A stretch of 64,000 nt of DNA from Lepidodermella squamata (taxonomy: Eukaryota; Animalia; Gastrotricha). The position numbers were made by a program, and so were the translations under genes. Below, piece after piece: positions 37,229 through 50,514 of the stretch; position 1 is the stretch's first letter, and every line of letters begins with the position of its first letter. The notes under the pieces were generated by a model. The model was given only the letters and a program-made list of their open reading frames with translations. It searched no databases and was not told where the DNA came from. The stretch spans positions 186,001 through 250,000 of the forward strand of contig JBLDXI010000028.1 in the NCBI GenBank assembly GCA_047495785.1. Direction: 5' to 3'.

Positions 37229-38072
37229 TGCGTAATTCTCCTGTCCTCTCTTTTCTGTCTTCGCCAATTTATTTAAATAATTCCCACGTCATGATCAGAA
37301 CTATATGTATTATAACTTTATATTATGTATTATAACTTATATTGTAACTATATGTTATGCACGTGTATGTATACATATATATCTGTCTGTGTTTATTATG
37401 TTCGAAAATATTCCAGGACGCGCCCAAAGCCGATGGCCGGTGCTAGTTTGCTTTTTTGATCAAATAAAACATTGCTTGCTTGCTAATAATACTTTTGGGT
37501 CCAGTACCTTCATAATTGCCTTTATAATAGTATCAAATTGAGCTGACTTCATTGATAGATTCGACTTCAACATAAGGTCTGCTTCGAAATTAAATTTAAT
37601 CGAAAATGAAAATGTTGCAAAAATACTTATGCTGAAACATTTTCGGGAAAATATTGAACATTTTTTTTGGCAATTCTATTGAAAATCACGAAATTATTGG
37701 CCAAAGCAGGTTGTTTTGCTGCTGAATAATTGACGCTATCAGGCCTACTCCACGGGTTAGTTCCGCTAAAAGTATAAGAGCCTTTGCAAACAATCGGTAA
37801 GTAATCACTTGAAAAAATATTTTTAATCTTATATGGAAAAATGCCATGATTTGATATAAAAAGTAGACATTTTTCAATCTAAAACCCAAGATGAAGATAA
37901 CGGCTTCGGCATTTGGTTATTGGTAGCTGTGATTTATTATCGAAGCCAAATAATCGTATTACTAGGATGAGGGCGTTTGACCTCGCTAACAGTCTAAAGT
38001 GTAGGAAGTTGTGGTCGGAAATGCATCAGAAAGCTTTAGGCGTGAGCTAAGTATAACAATGTTTGAAAAAAA

Positions 38073-41000
38073 TCGTGGACCCTAAGTTTTGTGAGTAATT
38101 TTCCTCATATTTTCAAACATTTCCATGCCTGCTGGGCAAATTTGGAAAAAAATGAAAATTTGAACTAAAATTGAGAGAAACAATGAAAGCCTATAATGAG
38201 GAAAATTGCTAATTCGCTAATTTTTATGTAGAAAGAATCGTTTGAAGGGAACTAGAAAATATATTGTAACTATTTTTCAGCGTCGAGTGATGGATGAAAT
38301 CGAGGAGCGGGTGCGGTACTAAAAAATTGAAATTAATTTACCTATCTAAATTGTTTGCCAAAATTTATCTATTTATTTTAAAATGAATTTAAAATAAAAA
38401 ATCAGCCGTTAAGAGTCTTTACGTAAAGAATGAGGTAGCTGTAAAAATCGATGGGAAGTTATCAGAATTTTTCTACGTAAATAGAGGCCTCAGACAAGGA
38501 TGTCCTTTATCGCCACTCCTTTTTATCACCACTTTCAATAAAATATGTGAAAAAGTAGCAAATGAAAAAGCCGGGTTTCCGTTGGGAAAACATTTTCTTA
38601 ATATTTTGGCTTTCGCCGATGATGGAACGCTGTTAGGCATGAATCACAACGAAATTAAGCTGTTATTAGGAATTTTCGACGCGGCTTGTAAAGAACTGGG
38701 TCTCAAAATTAACGCGGCGAAGACGCAATAAGTATATGATTATAGGAGGTGACCCAAAGAGAAATGAAAAATATAATTTGCAATTAGAAGGAAGCAAACT
38801 TGAAAAAGTAAGCACGTTCAAGTATTTAGGTAGCATTATAACTGATGATGGCAAACTCAGCCAGGAACTTATAGCACGCATTGCGAAAGCAGGTAGCTGT
38901 TTTGGCGAGATAAGCAAATTTATGTGCAAACATGTCTCTTTGGCCGTAAAATAAAAAATATTAAAATGCGTTATTATTCCAGCATTGATGTATGCCTGCG
39001 AGTCATGGAATATTACTGAAGACGAAGAAAGTGCGCTAAATACCCAAGAATATAGGTGGCTGCGATGCATCTTAGGAATTACAGTAATGGACTATATCCC
39101 TAACATAGACATTAGACTATCAATGTGTGGCGGAATAATTGAAGTCGGTAGATTAGATAAAAACAACGCCTAAATTACCTAGGACCTAGGACATATAATA
39201 AGGATGGAAACGTATGTCGACGATGAAGATGACCCGATACCACCGGGGCCAGTTTACGACCTTTACAGGTGGGTAGCGCCTAAGAAATGGCAGAGACCGG
39301 TGGAAAGACCTCGAACTAGGTGTCTCGATTCGGTAGAAAGAAGTTTAAGAAGAGTGGGTCTTACAGCCGAAAATATAATAAGGAAAAAAACTGACGGGTC
39401 CCGTGGCAGACCTCGTAAAGATGGTAGTAATATAACCGAAATTTTCGAAATAACTGTTAACTGGACATTGACCGAAACAACTGCACTAGATCGAGACGAA
39501 TGGCGTAAAATTGTCGAGACTTTTGAAGATTTTGAATTTTACAACAAAAGCAAGATACTCTCGGACGTGGGGGCGGTTGACTGATTCTTTTGGTTTGCCT
39601 TGCCTTCGCCTTCCTCAGAACCCGAAAGGGTATAGACGCTCAGTCGCGGGGAAGTGAAACAATAAAATCATTTCATTTTATTTCATTAAAATAAAAATTG
39701 CCTAAATTTAAAATGAATTTTGATTTTATTTTTCAGCGTCGAGTGATGGATGAAATTGAAGAGCGGGTGCGGTACTTTGCCGAAGCGTGCGACGGCCTCG
39801 AAGGCTTCCACCTGCTGTCGACGATGCACGACGGGTGTTCGCAGTTGAGCCACGATGTCCTGCAGTGGCTGGGCGATGACTACGCCAGGCGAGCTATCCT
39901 CCTCGCCCCGGTCGAACCCGCCCGCCTGCCTATGCGGTCGAGTACGACGACGAACTCGGGCATTTTGCCAGCGCAAAGATTGATCAACTGGGCGAGGTTT
40001 CTGCCGGAATTGTGGGCAAATTCGTCGCTGCTGGTGCCGCTTTCGTTGTCAGGCGACAGCCTGTGGCAGGGGCCTGGCCTTAATACCGAGGATGATACCC
40101 CTCTGCCGATCATCAACATACCCGGTATACGATATAACGTGAGTTCTGTGTACAATTTTAAAGGGATTCATCGCCTGTTACTTAAAACTAGATTTCAGTT
40201 CCCAATTTTCACCGTTTCTTCAGTCTAGGTTGTATTCAAATTTTGTCAAATTTGATTTTACGTTTAGGGTGACTCTAACTACCATACTTCGGCTGTGCTA
40301 GCAGCGGCCCTTGATACAGCCACCCTGCCGTACCGCCTGTCCAGCTCCGATGGTGCAGCCTACTCGCAGCGACTTGGCATGTCCGAATTCTTCGGCGTCG
40401 GCTCGAAATATCTCAAGGTATGAAATACAAAATATGAAATCAGACCCATCGAGTTGAATGGTGATTGAATTGTTGCGCAAATTTGAAGGCTTCAAAATCT
40501 GAGTGCCTTCTGATTTCGTCTAATAGCGAATCTTAAGTACCGTAGCAAAAGCTGAGCAAACCTAATGATAATCAGCTAGCTTGGGCTTCGAGTTCCGAGG
40601 AATATCGAAGCTTCATGGGGTTTCATTTCATCGAAAATTCCGATGACTGGTAAAATTAACTACTTAATTGGGCTTGACATGCTCTGGATTCTTAAATTTA
40701 ACACTTAACTTGAAATGCGATTCTTCCATAATCGAATCGAAAATCAAAGTAGGTGAAGCAAAGATATCAAGTTTTTTCAAGATGCCTTTGGTCGGTTTCT
40801 TCCGGCTAATTCGCGCATAATTGAGAAAACCCTAAAAATTGAAACAATTGATTGAGCTTATTCTGTTCTTTCTGCCGTTTTTAGATTAACGAGATGCAAG
40901 TGGTTTTGTCGTACCCGTTGAGGCAACCGCCCGGTCTCACGCCAGAACCAGTGAAACCCCTGGAAGTGACTTGGACCTCGTTATCACCGCCTCCGATTTC

Positions 41001-41487
41001 TCAGTCGAAACTCAACTCGGCAAGCCACGGCAACAGCAACGCTCGCCTGCTGTCCCGCTGCTGCACATTGCGAGGTCTCGAATCACTGCCAGTCGCTGAT
41101 AAATCGGCTTTCGCGTCGCCTGACATGCGTCGATTCTTGTTCACGAAGGCGGAACGCGATTTCGAGGCGACTTTAACGAAATCCCTACCAGTGGTTGATT
41201 CTTTCGTGAAAACGCACTGCAACTTGGTGGCCAAGTCGTTGTCTGTTAAAAAGCCGTTTCCTCGCTCGATTTTCGCTGGACCCCGCAGCGATGCAATGGC
41301 GAAACCCATGGCCAGCGCGTTGGTTTCATCTGGCGCGCATGTCGCGACGTTCCTCGGTAATCTGCATGGGCAGTGTGAGCGCATGTCGAGGTCGAAACTG
41401 GTAACAGTGCTGCCGGAGTCGACCGAGTGGTCCGAACACCTCGAGTGGCTGGTCGACACGGTGCTGCGAGCTGAAAGTCTCAAATAG
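38073..41487 (+). pseudogene. Second, 5'-headless copy of Misato (last 18 nt of exon 2, intron 2, exons 3-5; copy B) with open exons
   Basis: 38073-38092 is identical to 24319-24338, and homology continues through intron 2. Exons 39737-40138, 40268-40417 and 40885-41487 are open, have intact splice sites and encode a nearly identical protein. Confidence 0.9.
38400..39690 (+). mobile_element. 5'-truncated, decayed LINE (RTE-like) reverse transcriptase fragment
   Basis: GLRQGCPLSPLLF, LAFADD, FKYLGSII and LMYACESW motifs with stops. AATAAA plus a (TTTCA)n-like tail near 39660-39690. Lies between 50-bp direct repeats 38271-38320 and 39727-39776. Confidence 0.85.
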
Positions 41488-42120
41488 ATAAACTGTGATG
41501 CTATATATTTGCGCCATTATTATTTGTGATTTTTTTGCGTTGCGCGAAAAACTGGACAATTATTTACTCCGAATTGTTTTCTTTCTAAGTAGAGTTTTGC
41601 GTAGTCTGGTTTTGTTTCGGAATATTTCGGCTGGTTTTATCTCGCTGAGCCGGGAAATGAACCAAACTTGGTCACCCTGCGCTGAACCTAACTGAAATGA
41701 GTTTGTAAGTGGCTATCATGTCGAATTATTTCTTAGAAGCTACCCTCAAACCGAATTTAAATCCGCCGAAATTTAATTTACAGTCCGAAATCTCCAGAAC
41801 CTAAAATCACAGAACCTAAAATTGTCAGTATAGAGTATAGATCAATGAAAATTAAGCCGTTGCTTCATAAAAGTCCAGAAAGTTTAAGCGATTGCTCATT
41901 TGGCTCAACTTAACTCGAAACTAGCTCAGGCGCCTTTTGCAGCAAAGTTCGAAACCAACACAGCCTATATTGGTACGATATTGTCTAATCTCTCGAGTCT
42001 TCAATGTAAAGAAAATGGAGATCTAAATTTGTCCTGGAACTTGATTAACACATTTTCTTTCATATTGGACTTCGAAAATCGAATTACCAGATTTCTTACA
42101 ACAAAAATATATTTCTTAAT

Positions 42121-42525
42121 TTTTCAGCGCCTGGTGGTCTTATAAGCCTTGCAGGCTAGTATGTTGCCGAAAATTAGATAGAAAATTTGAAAATTCTAAG
42201 GGAAGAAACAGTGAGAAGTCCAAACCACGGCCAAAAGAGACAAATTCTGAAATGAGCCGATGGAGAAATAACTGATCTTTAAAAAAATGGGCATTTTCAG
42301 AACCGGGTGGATGAAATTGAGCCACGATGTCCTGCAGTGGCTAGGCCCTGCGAGCTATCCCTACTCGCCCCAGTTGAACCCGCCCGCCTGCCTGTGCGGC
42401 TAAGTTCGATCGACAGGGCGAAGTCGTCGCTGCTGTGGCCGCTGTCGTTGTCCGGTGGTAGGTTGTCGCAGGGGCCTGGTCTAAACACCGATGACGATCA
42501 CACCCGGTATAAGTTAAAACGTGAG
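42121..42525 (+). pseudogene. Decayed Misato exon 3 (older copy C)
   Basis: GAGCCACGATGTCCTGCAGTGGCT; the translation LLAPVEPARLPVR...LSLSGGRLSQGPGLNTDD matches exon 3 with deletions and frameshifts. Donor remnant AAAC|GTGAGT. Confidence 0.85.
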
Positions 42526-43324
42526 TTTTGTATGACATTTTCGGTTATTCATGACCCGACAGACTGACCTTGCTGCTATTGAAAATAAAAGATTTGTTTT
42601 CCTCCCATTTCTTTCCCTCTTGTCATCGCTTTTCATGGCGCAATATGGCGCAATCGGAATAGGCGCTGAATTGAGGCGGGCGAGGTCATGCCGGCTGACG
42701 TAATTCAACGTAGATGAGGTGAAACCTGAATCGACTTCTGACACAGTCATCTTTGAATTTTAGGGCGCGCTTCTTTTAGACAGGCCACGCAGTGTCTCCT
42801 TTGATTTGAGTTAGGGTCACAGCGCTCCTCAAGTTTCGATTCACGGCTTCGCACTAGGCGGGCGGTTGATTCTCATTTATCTCCCCGCCCGTTTGAAAAA
42901 TCTCGCGGATTTGGTTTTCAACCGTTTAAATTATGTTTCAATATGTTAAGATGATTTTTTCTGCATTTTATTCTGTAATTGTGGCAGATAATAGGCACTA
43001 AGGTGAATCAGGCTATAGAAAAATCTAGAGCCTTCTATCCCGATGGTTGATGGATACGTGGGCCCATAATGATGGCTTTTACCTATCATTTCATTTCATT
43101 TGATTTTTTTCCAATTTGAACGACTATTTTAGCTGCTTAGTTATGTTTCGGCTACTAAACTTGCTTTTTGTTTCACCTTCGGCCTTCGAATGCGAAACAC
43201 TCCTTTCCTATTTTGAAGCCGATATGAGGGGGCAATCATGTGCATGCATTACCGCATTACCCTTCTTATTAAGAGGTGCCTCCTGAACGTTTTGCAACAA
43301 AATGATGAATGTTATCATTGGTTC

Positions 43325-43412
43325 ACAGGTTGATTCCAGCTTCGATACAGCCGCCACCCTGCCCAATCGCCTGTGTCCAGCTCTGACGCTTGGCTCGAAG
43401 TAGATCATGGTA
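43325..43412 (+). pseudogene. Decayed Misato exon 4 (copy C)
   Basis: TCGATACAGCCGCCACCCTGCCCAATCGCCTGTGTCCAGCTC...GGCTCGAAGTA resembles 25321-25427. Confidence 0.7.
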
Positions 43413-43503
43413 AGTAGAATTTCCTATTCGGCGTCTTAACAGTCGCTAGCTTGTTGCAAGGCGAATGCACGGTGTTTTTGTTAGTTGCTTCAAAGTACCT
43501 GCA

Positions 43504-43534
<31 letters not shown>
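43504..43534. repeat. (CT)n microsatellite
   Basis: About 15 TC units with one interruption. Confidence 0.9.
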
Positions 43535-44426
43535 ATGACGCTATATTTTGGGTTATGTTGGCTCGAACCTCGCACACACTTGAGGTTTCAGCTTGTGCCT
43601 ATTTCGTATTAAGCAAATCGTGAGGCAAGCTTGCTACTTTGTCGTGTGTTTAGCATTTCACATTGTGCGGGTTGATTTTGTCTCTACACGTTCCAAGCAT
43701 GATAGAATACGCTTGCGCTAGCCAAATAATTCCTGGAAATTCTTAGAAATTGCTTAGAAATAACCCATGAAACTCAGCTACCTAAACAAAGGTGGTCGGT
43801 AAATCCATATGTAAGTTCGGTGGACGGCAACTTCATCATTCTATTGGAGCATGTGAGTTTCCCGGTCCCGTTGGATTGCCCTGGATGAGCTAAATTAGAT
43901 GGGTGGTTCCAAGCGCGATTTCGACCTCGATTTGTGTTGACTGAGCCATTTCGGGCTGCCACGCCACCACTTCCAACGCCACGTGGCAAGCGGAAAGAAA
44001 ACTTGCTCAACATTATCGATTAGTTTCGCTGTTCATATTCTCCACTTGAATCTTGATCAAACTTTCGAACTTCGAAAATATGCAGAGCCATTTCGTTTGC
44101 TAATGTGGACCGTTTTATCTTGCTTAGAATGAAGTGTGTGATGCGTGATTTCTTTCCGTGAACCATTCCATTCTATGAAATGAATGACGATCTGCATTGT
44201 AGGTGTAACAAAACGAACAGAAATACTCATTGCCATTTGCAGAAATCTCTACGCATTGCCATTTGAATTACTGACTTTTCATCTAATCTTTCATATTTTG
44301 CCTTCCAACTGCTTTCGGAAGCCCAATATTTTTTTATTATGACAATTATGACTTCGCGATTTTGACTATTCGTGCTTGAAAGCGGTTCCATCAGCGGAAA
44401 TTGAAACTCTGCTCAAATATTCTACA

Positions 44427-44675
44427 CAAATATTCTACGTTTGAAACTAAGTGAGACTAATACTTCACATGGTTGGAAAAAGCGATCTGGCCTTAACATT
44501 TTGTTATTTGTTATTTGCTGTGAAAAAACTTATTTTTCTTTGATTTTATCTTTGATAATAATACAACTGTAGCTTTCTGACCTTTCTGAAAGGTTCCACT
44601 GACTAATAATTAATCCGCTGTGATCGCTTTTTCAAACCAGGTGAGGTTTACTTAGTTTCAAACGTAAAATATTCT
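44427..44675. mobile_element. Small inverted-repeat element (MITE-like)
   Basis: AATATTCTACGTTTGAAACTAAGT...GGTTGGAAAAAGCGATC pairs with GATCGCTTTTTCAAACC...ACTTAGTTTCAAACGTAAAATATT. Confidence 0.6.
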
Positions 44676-46068
44676 GAGCGAACATTTTTCAATTATCCGC
44701 TTTTTTTATTTAAGGACAAATATACCAACCCAAATAATAAATGCTCTTGTTTTTCTCCTGGAATTCAATCAAACAGTATCAAGTCTCTAGTTTTTTTGAC
44801 AATATTAGCTTGGGCTTATGTATCCTACTCTCATGTTGCTCTCTCCAGCCTCCATGGTTAGTTCTAAGCATTTTTTGCTCTGGACGAAGCACATTTGTGT
44901 TTTTAAGAGGCTTTGAGATAATCATCAATTTATTAAAACGTAAAATTATGAATTACCCTGAGTGACAAGGATTCAGATTTTCTGATCAACTTGGCCTGAA
45001 AACTTTTTACTTCCTTATAAATTGAAGAAAATTGAGCAAAAAATCATAATTTTTTAACTTCGACACACAATTTTGGTTAAAAACATAGATTTCAGTTAGA
45101 CTATTCCGTGCATTCATAATTAACAAGCAAATTGATGTGATTTGAACAAGTTTTTGAATCCCTCATCTCTTCTTCATGTTTTGTGTTATGCTGAAATATT
45201 CAGAGGAAAATTCTCTTAACCCCATTTTTCACTTGTATGATACCCGCTTTTCCGAAAAACTACCAATTTCGATTATTTGGAAATGAGTAAGAGAATTATG
45301 AGATGACAATCTCTCTTTATTCTTCTCCTTCTCTCCTTTTTGTCATTCTATTCGCAATAATTGGGGAATGATACTAATTGTGCAATATTGAAGAAATAAA
45401 ATGTGAAGATTTTTGATTATTTCTTCTGGTTTTCAATTACTTTTATTCCCGCAACTTCGAAAGGGGACAGAGAAATAAAGTTCGGCATTCGTATTGCGAC
45501 CATCTTGGCGGGCCTTGTTTACTGCTCGCGGAAACAGTAATATTCATATTATAACTCGGGTTTCCTTTCAGTTGCTGTTATTTGGGACAATCACAAATTG
45601 GCGAAGTCAGATACGTTGCAGATCAGGTTCACGCTGGTTATGAATACTAATAGTTTCGAAGCAGCCATCTTGCAGCGGCTGTTGCAGCGGAGGAAACTAC
45701 TTCATCCGAAGGTAACCGGAAAGATACATTATTGTAAAATAGCTATGGCCCAATCACTCATTTGTGGACCCAGAATCGCCAATTATGAATAAGCGAGGTC
45801 AAAAGCGATACGCTACCTTCCAACATTAGATTTACATGAGAAAAGAAATATCAGCGATAAACGATTCCCGTTATTTCTATCACCAGGAAATCGGCCACAG
45901 CAAAATGTTACCTGTAAAACTGAAAAACATCAGCAATTTTTAACAGTTTGGTCCGAATTTTTTCAGCCAAGCCAAAAAATCGAATTTTCGAACTTTCAGG
46001 CCAATGAAGATACTAGCTACCGTACTGCCCGGAAAACCTCGATGAACCCCTGACATTTACGAGCAGAA

Positions 46069-46338
46069 TACTTTTAGCGGAACCAAATTGTTGCGGAACC
46101 AAATCCGCATGTCGCGGAACCTAATTTTAGATGAGAAAAAGGTCGATTTTCAAATATTTCCACGAAATTAAGGCAATTTATGAATTCTATACTAAAATGT
46201 GCGTCTTATACAGAATTTCACGCTGAATTCAAACGTAATTTATTTTAAATTATGCCGATCAATAATGACATCCTTATAACTTTCGAAAATGGGGTTTGGG
46301 CACACGGAAAATTCCAAAATTTGGTTCCGCTAAAAGTA
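46069..46338. mobile_element. MITE with about 21-bp TIRs
   Basis: TACTTTTAGCGGAACCAAATT ... AATTTGGTTCCGCTAAAAGTA, with internal GCGGAACC repeats. Confidence 0.7.
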
Positions 46339-46559
46339 AGACCCATTTACGAGGGACTGACATTTATTTATCCGAACCAAAAGTTGAATGCCTAGGTAAC
46401 CATAAAGGCATTCTATTCCCTGATACTACGTATTTTGACCCAATAAATTGGTCCCTCACTTTTCGAAGTGCCAAGAGTAGAAGTTATATCCAATCAAAAT
46501 GGCTGAAAATGATCTGGGTGCAAACCACCCGAACGGGGGCATCCAGGTATAAATTATAT

Positions 46560-48900
46560 TTATTAGACCTTTTCCATCGTATCACGTGACCTGACAATGT
46601 GTCCTAAATATCTTAAGCGTTGTTTTTCGATTATGCGACTCACTTCAATGAGCCCTCCGCATAGAGCCAGCCTAATATCGATATTTGGTATGTAGTCCAT
46701 TAGGTGTTTTTTTTTATTCGACCCGGCTTGCCCGCGCCCGGTCTGCCCGCACATTAATTCCGCCCAGACCGCCCGAACACCCACGGCCGAACACATTTTT
46801 TATCTACCCAGCTTGCCCGCACTCTACACATCGCCCATAACGCCCGGCCTCTCAAGACCGGGCAGCTGCGGGAAAAATGATCACGCACGCGATTCGAAAA
46901 AAATTGCAAAAAAACACGAATTATGAGTGCTAAAGTAGTGCAAGTGATTTTATTTCTGCTGCTGAATAATAATGGAGAAAATCATAAAATAAATGCAAAT
47001 AATATGTGTCGTACCGTTTTAGGCGATCCTCCCAATAGGCAACTGGGATAACCCATGAGGCAATATGCCTAAGATGGAGATATAAGATATCGCTAAGGAC
47101 AATAATTGACAGTATCTGGAAACTCTGAATATTCCCTGCTGTAGCCTAAAAAGGTTGCTCACTGATTAAATTTCTAACTAAGGGGGTTGATAGAGATATA
47201 ATAAAGCTTTCCCGAAGTTCAAGCACCAAAAACCGACTAATAGTTAATAGTTGGCAGCTGAACGTTTTGCTGAACCTTCCAGCAGGTTCAAGATAATGAT
47301 CTTAGTTCCGACTTATTAATTTCGACATCTGAAGCAATCGATCAGTCTAATAACTAAACCCAATCCCTAGCTCACATAAATCGGATTTCATGGAGGTTGA
47401 AGAGACTCTAGGATCAACTTCCGTGGAAAAAAGGAATCAGAAAATTCAAGCAAGGTGAACCACATACTAGAACTGGGGAACCGGAAATGAAACTGCTAGG
47501 TTTGACATCCTTTAAGAAAATTTAAATTTGGGTATTATTTAAAATTTCCAGCCATTAATGCCGAAAAATGATAATAAGTAGGGAATAAATTGAAAATACC
47601 ACGATTATCGGTCATCAATGTATTGTTTTGGGAAATAATTATTTTGGGAATTATTAAATTGCTTAAAAAGTGGATTTTTAGAGCAATTTCTCTTTAGGGT
47701 AATTCAATTGCCAATTGGGGCGGATTGCTCATAACGGTACGACATATGTCATATGGCATATGGCATAATAATGTCGTAACTATTGAGCAGTGACTTTTCA
47801 TCAGTGACAAATGAGCAAGTGACACTTCATCAATTTTTATTTATTAATCTCGGGCATTGAACTTGCATTTGAGCTCAACTTTAATGCAGCGCATAGTCCC
47901 TGAAATGCTGAATACGGCTGAAATTCTGTTGATGAAATGTCTTTGCTGAAATGTCGCTGCGCAAATGTCACTGAGTTAAAAATTATAAATTTGAAAAATA
48001 CTTGATAAATTAACAAAAATCACTGCTGACTTGTCACTGATAATTTGTCACTGCGCAAATGTCGCAACTCAAATGTCTCTGCTCATTTGTCACTGATGAA
48101 TTGACCCTCATTTGCTGAAGTGTCACTGCTGAAAAGTCTGACCACGGTAGGACAGGTCTGCCTAGCAAACCACGGCGATTTTTGCTAAATTCGAAAATTT
48201 TGAATTCAAATTTCCAGCCTCCGTTCAAAATTTTACAAAATTTCATGACAATTTTAGAATATAGTTGAATGATGGAGAATCATATGAGATCGAATTTTTC
48301 AACATCCGAAGCGAGTTGGACACTGGCATTAAATTATGCGTGGCGAATGACCTTGACCATCAGGTTGACCAGGCCTGTTTCAGAATATTTTAAATGCGGA
48401 AGAATGGGAATTTGCGATCAGAAATATCATATGAAATCAAACTATACTCGGTCACATTTCATTGAATCATGCTGTAGATTTTATCCTTCCTAATTAGGCA
48501 AGCATCAAGTTAGACTGGAATGGTGCGAATTATATTTTCCCTTGGTTTGTGATCATAGATCAGCAATCGCAGTAAAAAATCGCGAAAATAAGTGTTATTA
48601 GCACTTGAGCCCGATGACTTTTTTTTAATCGCCCGTGCTTCCCAGCTCGCCCGCGTAGAAGTTGTTTTGATAAAAAAATGTTTTCGGACCGCCCGCACCG
48701 CCAGGATTTTTTTATTGCTCGCCCGTACAATCCGCCGGATCTCCCCGGGCGCAGTGGGGAATAAAAAAAACACCCTAGGTGGACACCTACTATTGATCGA
48801 AGCCAGCGATACTCTATTGTATTCAGTCTTTCTTGGGCTATCGATATGTTCCAGGATTCACAGGCGTAAATGGAATGGACACAGGCGTGAGGAATCTCAC
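46560..48900 (-). mobile_element. LINE fragment (same family as 38400-39690) split by a TIR element
   Basis: Minus-strand YRWLRSIVGVHL (about 48775-48820) continues into MDYIPNIDIRLALCGGLIEV (46700-46600), matching YRWLRCILGITVMDYIPNIDIRLSMCGG at 39050-39140. Confidence 0.7.
46703..48775. mobile_element. Non-autonomous DNA transposon containing a nested TIR element (about 47003-47748)
   Basis: GGTGTTTTTTTTTATTC ... GAATAAAAAAAACACCC termini with subterminal GCCCG repeats. Nested inverted pair TGTCGTACCGTT (47007) / AACGGTACGACA (47733). Confidence 0.65.
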
Positions 48901-49419
48901 TATATATTCAAAACTTTTGTTGGGATCAAGCTAGTGTCTCTAGGACAACCTCAATCAATGGCACTTTCCCGGGCATCTCTGGGGTTTTCCGTGTTTTAAG
49001 GCGGATGGGAGCATCCTTAAGTTCTGAAATTTGAAAATTCAAAATCCTCATGAAAAACCGAGTAAAGACATCTAGGAATCTAAGAATCGTCCCTCCTCAA
49101 GTCAACACACGTTTTACCATTTGCTTGAAAATACAGAAAATACGCCAAACCCCACTTTTCACTTATTTTCGGTCAAATGTAATTCTTTTTTGAAAAATAT
49201 TATTTTTTCTATAATTTGCTGAAGTACGAATATGCAATCTCTGCTGCCCTTTAGAGGTTGGAAACCGAATTGTAGTTTCGAAATTTTTGATCCTATCAAA
49301 GATCGCAATTTTCTTTCCAGAATAATGGCATAAAGTTTGCTTACTACACTTAGTAGACTGATACCTCGGTAATTTTGACACTTACATTTTTCGCCCTTAT
49401 TTTTGTAAATTGGGGTAAT

Positions 49420-49700
49420 TATGGCTGTTGACCATTCCTCATTTTTCTTTCCAGGCTTGGTTCAGAATTTCGCTGAGCCATTTAATATTGGTTTCACTGA
49501 GGGCTTTAATCATTTCTGGTCGAATTTCATCGACCGAGCTTTCCCATTTTTCATGTGGTCAATAGCGTTCTTAATTTCGGTTAGTGTTATTTCAGTCAAG
49601 CTTAGGTTTTCAGGGGAAATATTTGGTTCAGGGTTGTCAGGCTCATTTTTCAAATCCCAAAATCGTTGAAATCTCTGGAAATCATGTATGGGTAGATCGA
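49420..49700 (-). mobile_element. Decayed LINE RT N-terminal fragment
   Basis: EITLTEIKNAIDHMKNGKA is typical of the segment preceding non-LTR RT domain 1. Confidence 0.55.
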
Positions 49701-50514
49701 CCACAACAAAATGCGAGGGAAAACATTTACAAGAAGTTGATTACTCGAAATTGGATTTCTTATGATGACAAATGAGAAGTTTTTTTATGGCCAGGATGGG
49801 TTTAAACCAAATAAACTCGGAATTTGTTATGATCATACCGGCATTTTGCGCCTTTCTCACGATGTTTTCCCACGATGCTTATTGCCGTAATTGATTTTGA
49901 AATCCCTGAAATCAAACTGTTTTGCCCCAATCAAATCGTTATTCTTTCAAATCAGTCCCTGAAATCAAATCACATCTAAAAAAGGTCTGAAATCGTGAAA
50001 ATCGAAATCTGAAAAATCAAATCCCCAACACTGCTCAGTTGAGGCTGCTTAGACCTCAGCAGAATTGATAAGTTTCATGTGTTCTTGCTGTAGAAAATGA
50101 AATGACTCGCGGGAAATCAAAACATTTTGGTCGCCTAATTTCTCGATATCGGCTTCCGATTGTTTGAATTTCACAACAATATTCAAATTTTTCCTATAGA
50201 TGTATGAACAGTTTGATGGGCAATGAGAAAAATGGACGGTTCCCGTTTGCGCGTCTTATTTTGCGCGACACGCACCATGCATATGCACCATGTGATAGTC
50301 GAGCAGATCGCGAGAAAAATGAAAGCGTGTTTATATGGCGGAAAAAAGCTGAAAAACGCTGAAATACACTTTTCTCGTCTGGGAAGTGCTGAAATTGTTA
50401 GCTGAAATGTGCCTCTATTGATACGAAAGATAACCTGAAATCATTTGCCAGCTTATTTCAGCTTATTTCGTGCCGGTCTGGGTAACAGTTCAGCTGATCC
50501 AATGAATTCTACCT

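Noticed and set aside
38064-38092. Copy B as a retrocopy or Helitron end (A7 run, then TC at the junction)
   Set aside because: Introns are retained, and I saw no Helitron hairpin-CTRR end or Rep/helicase ORF.
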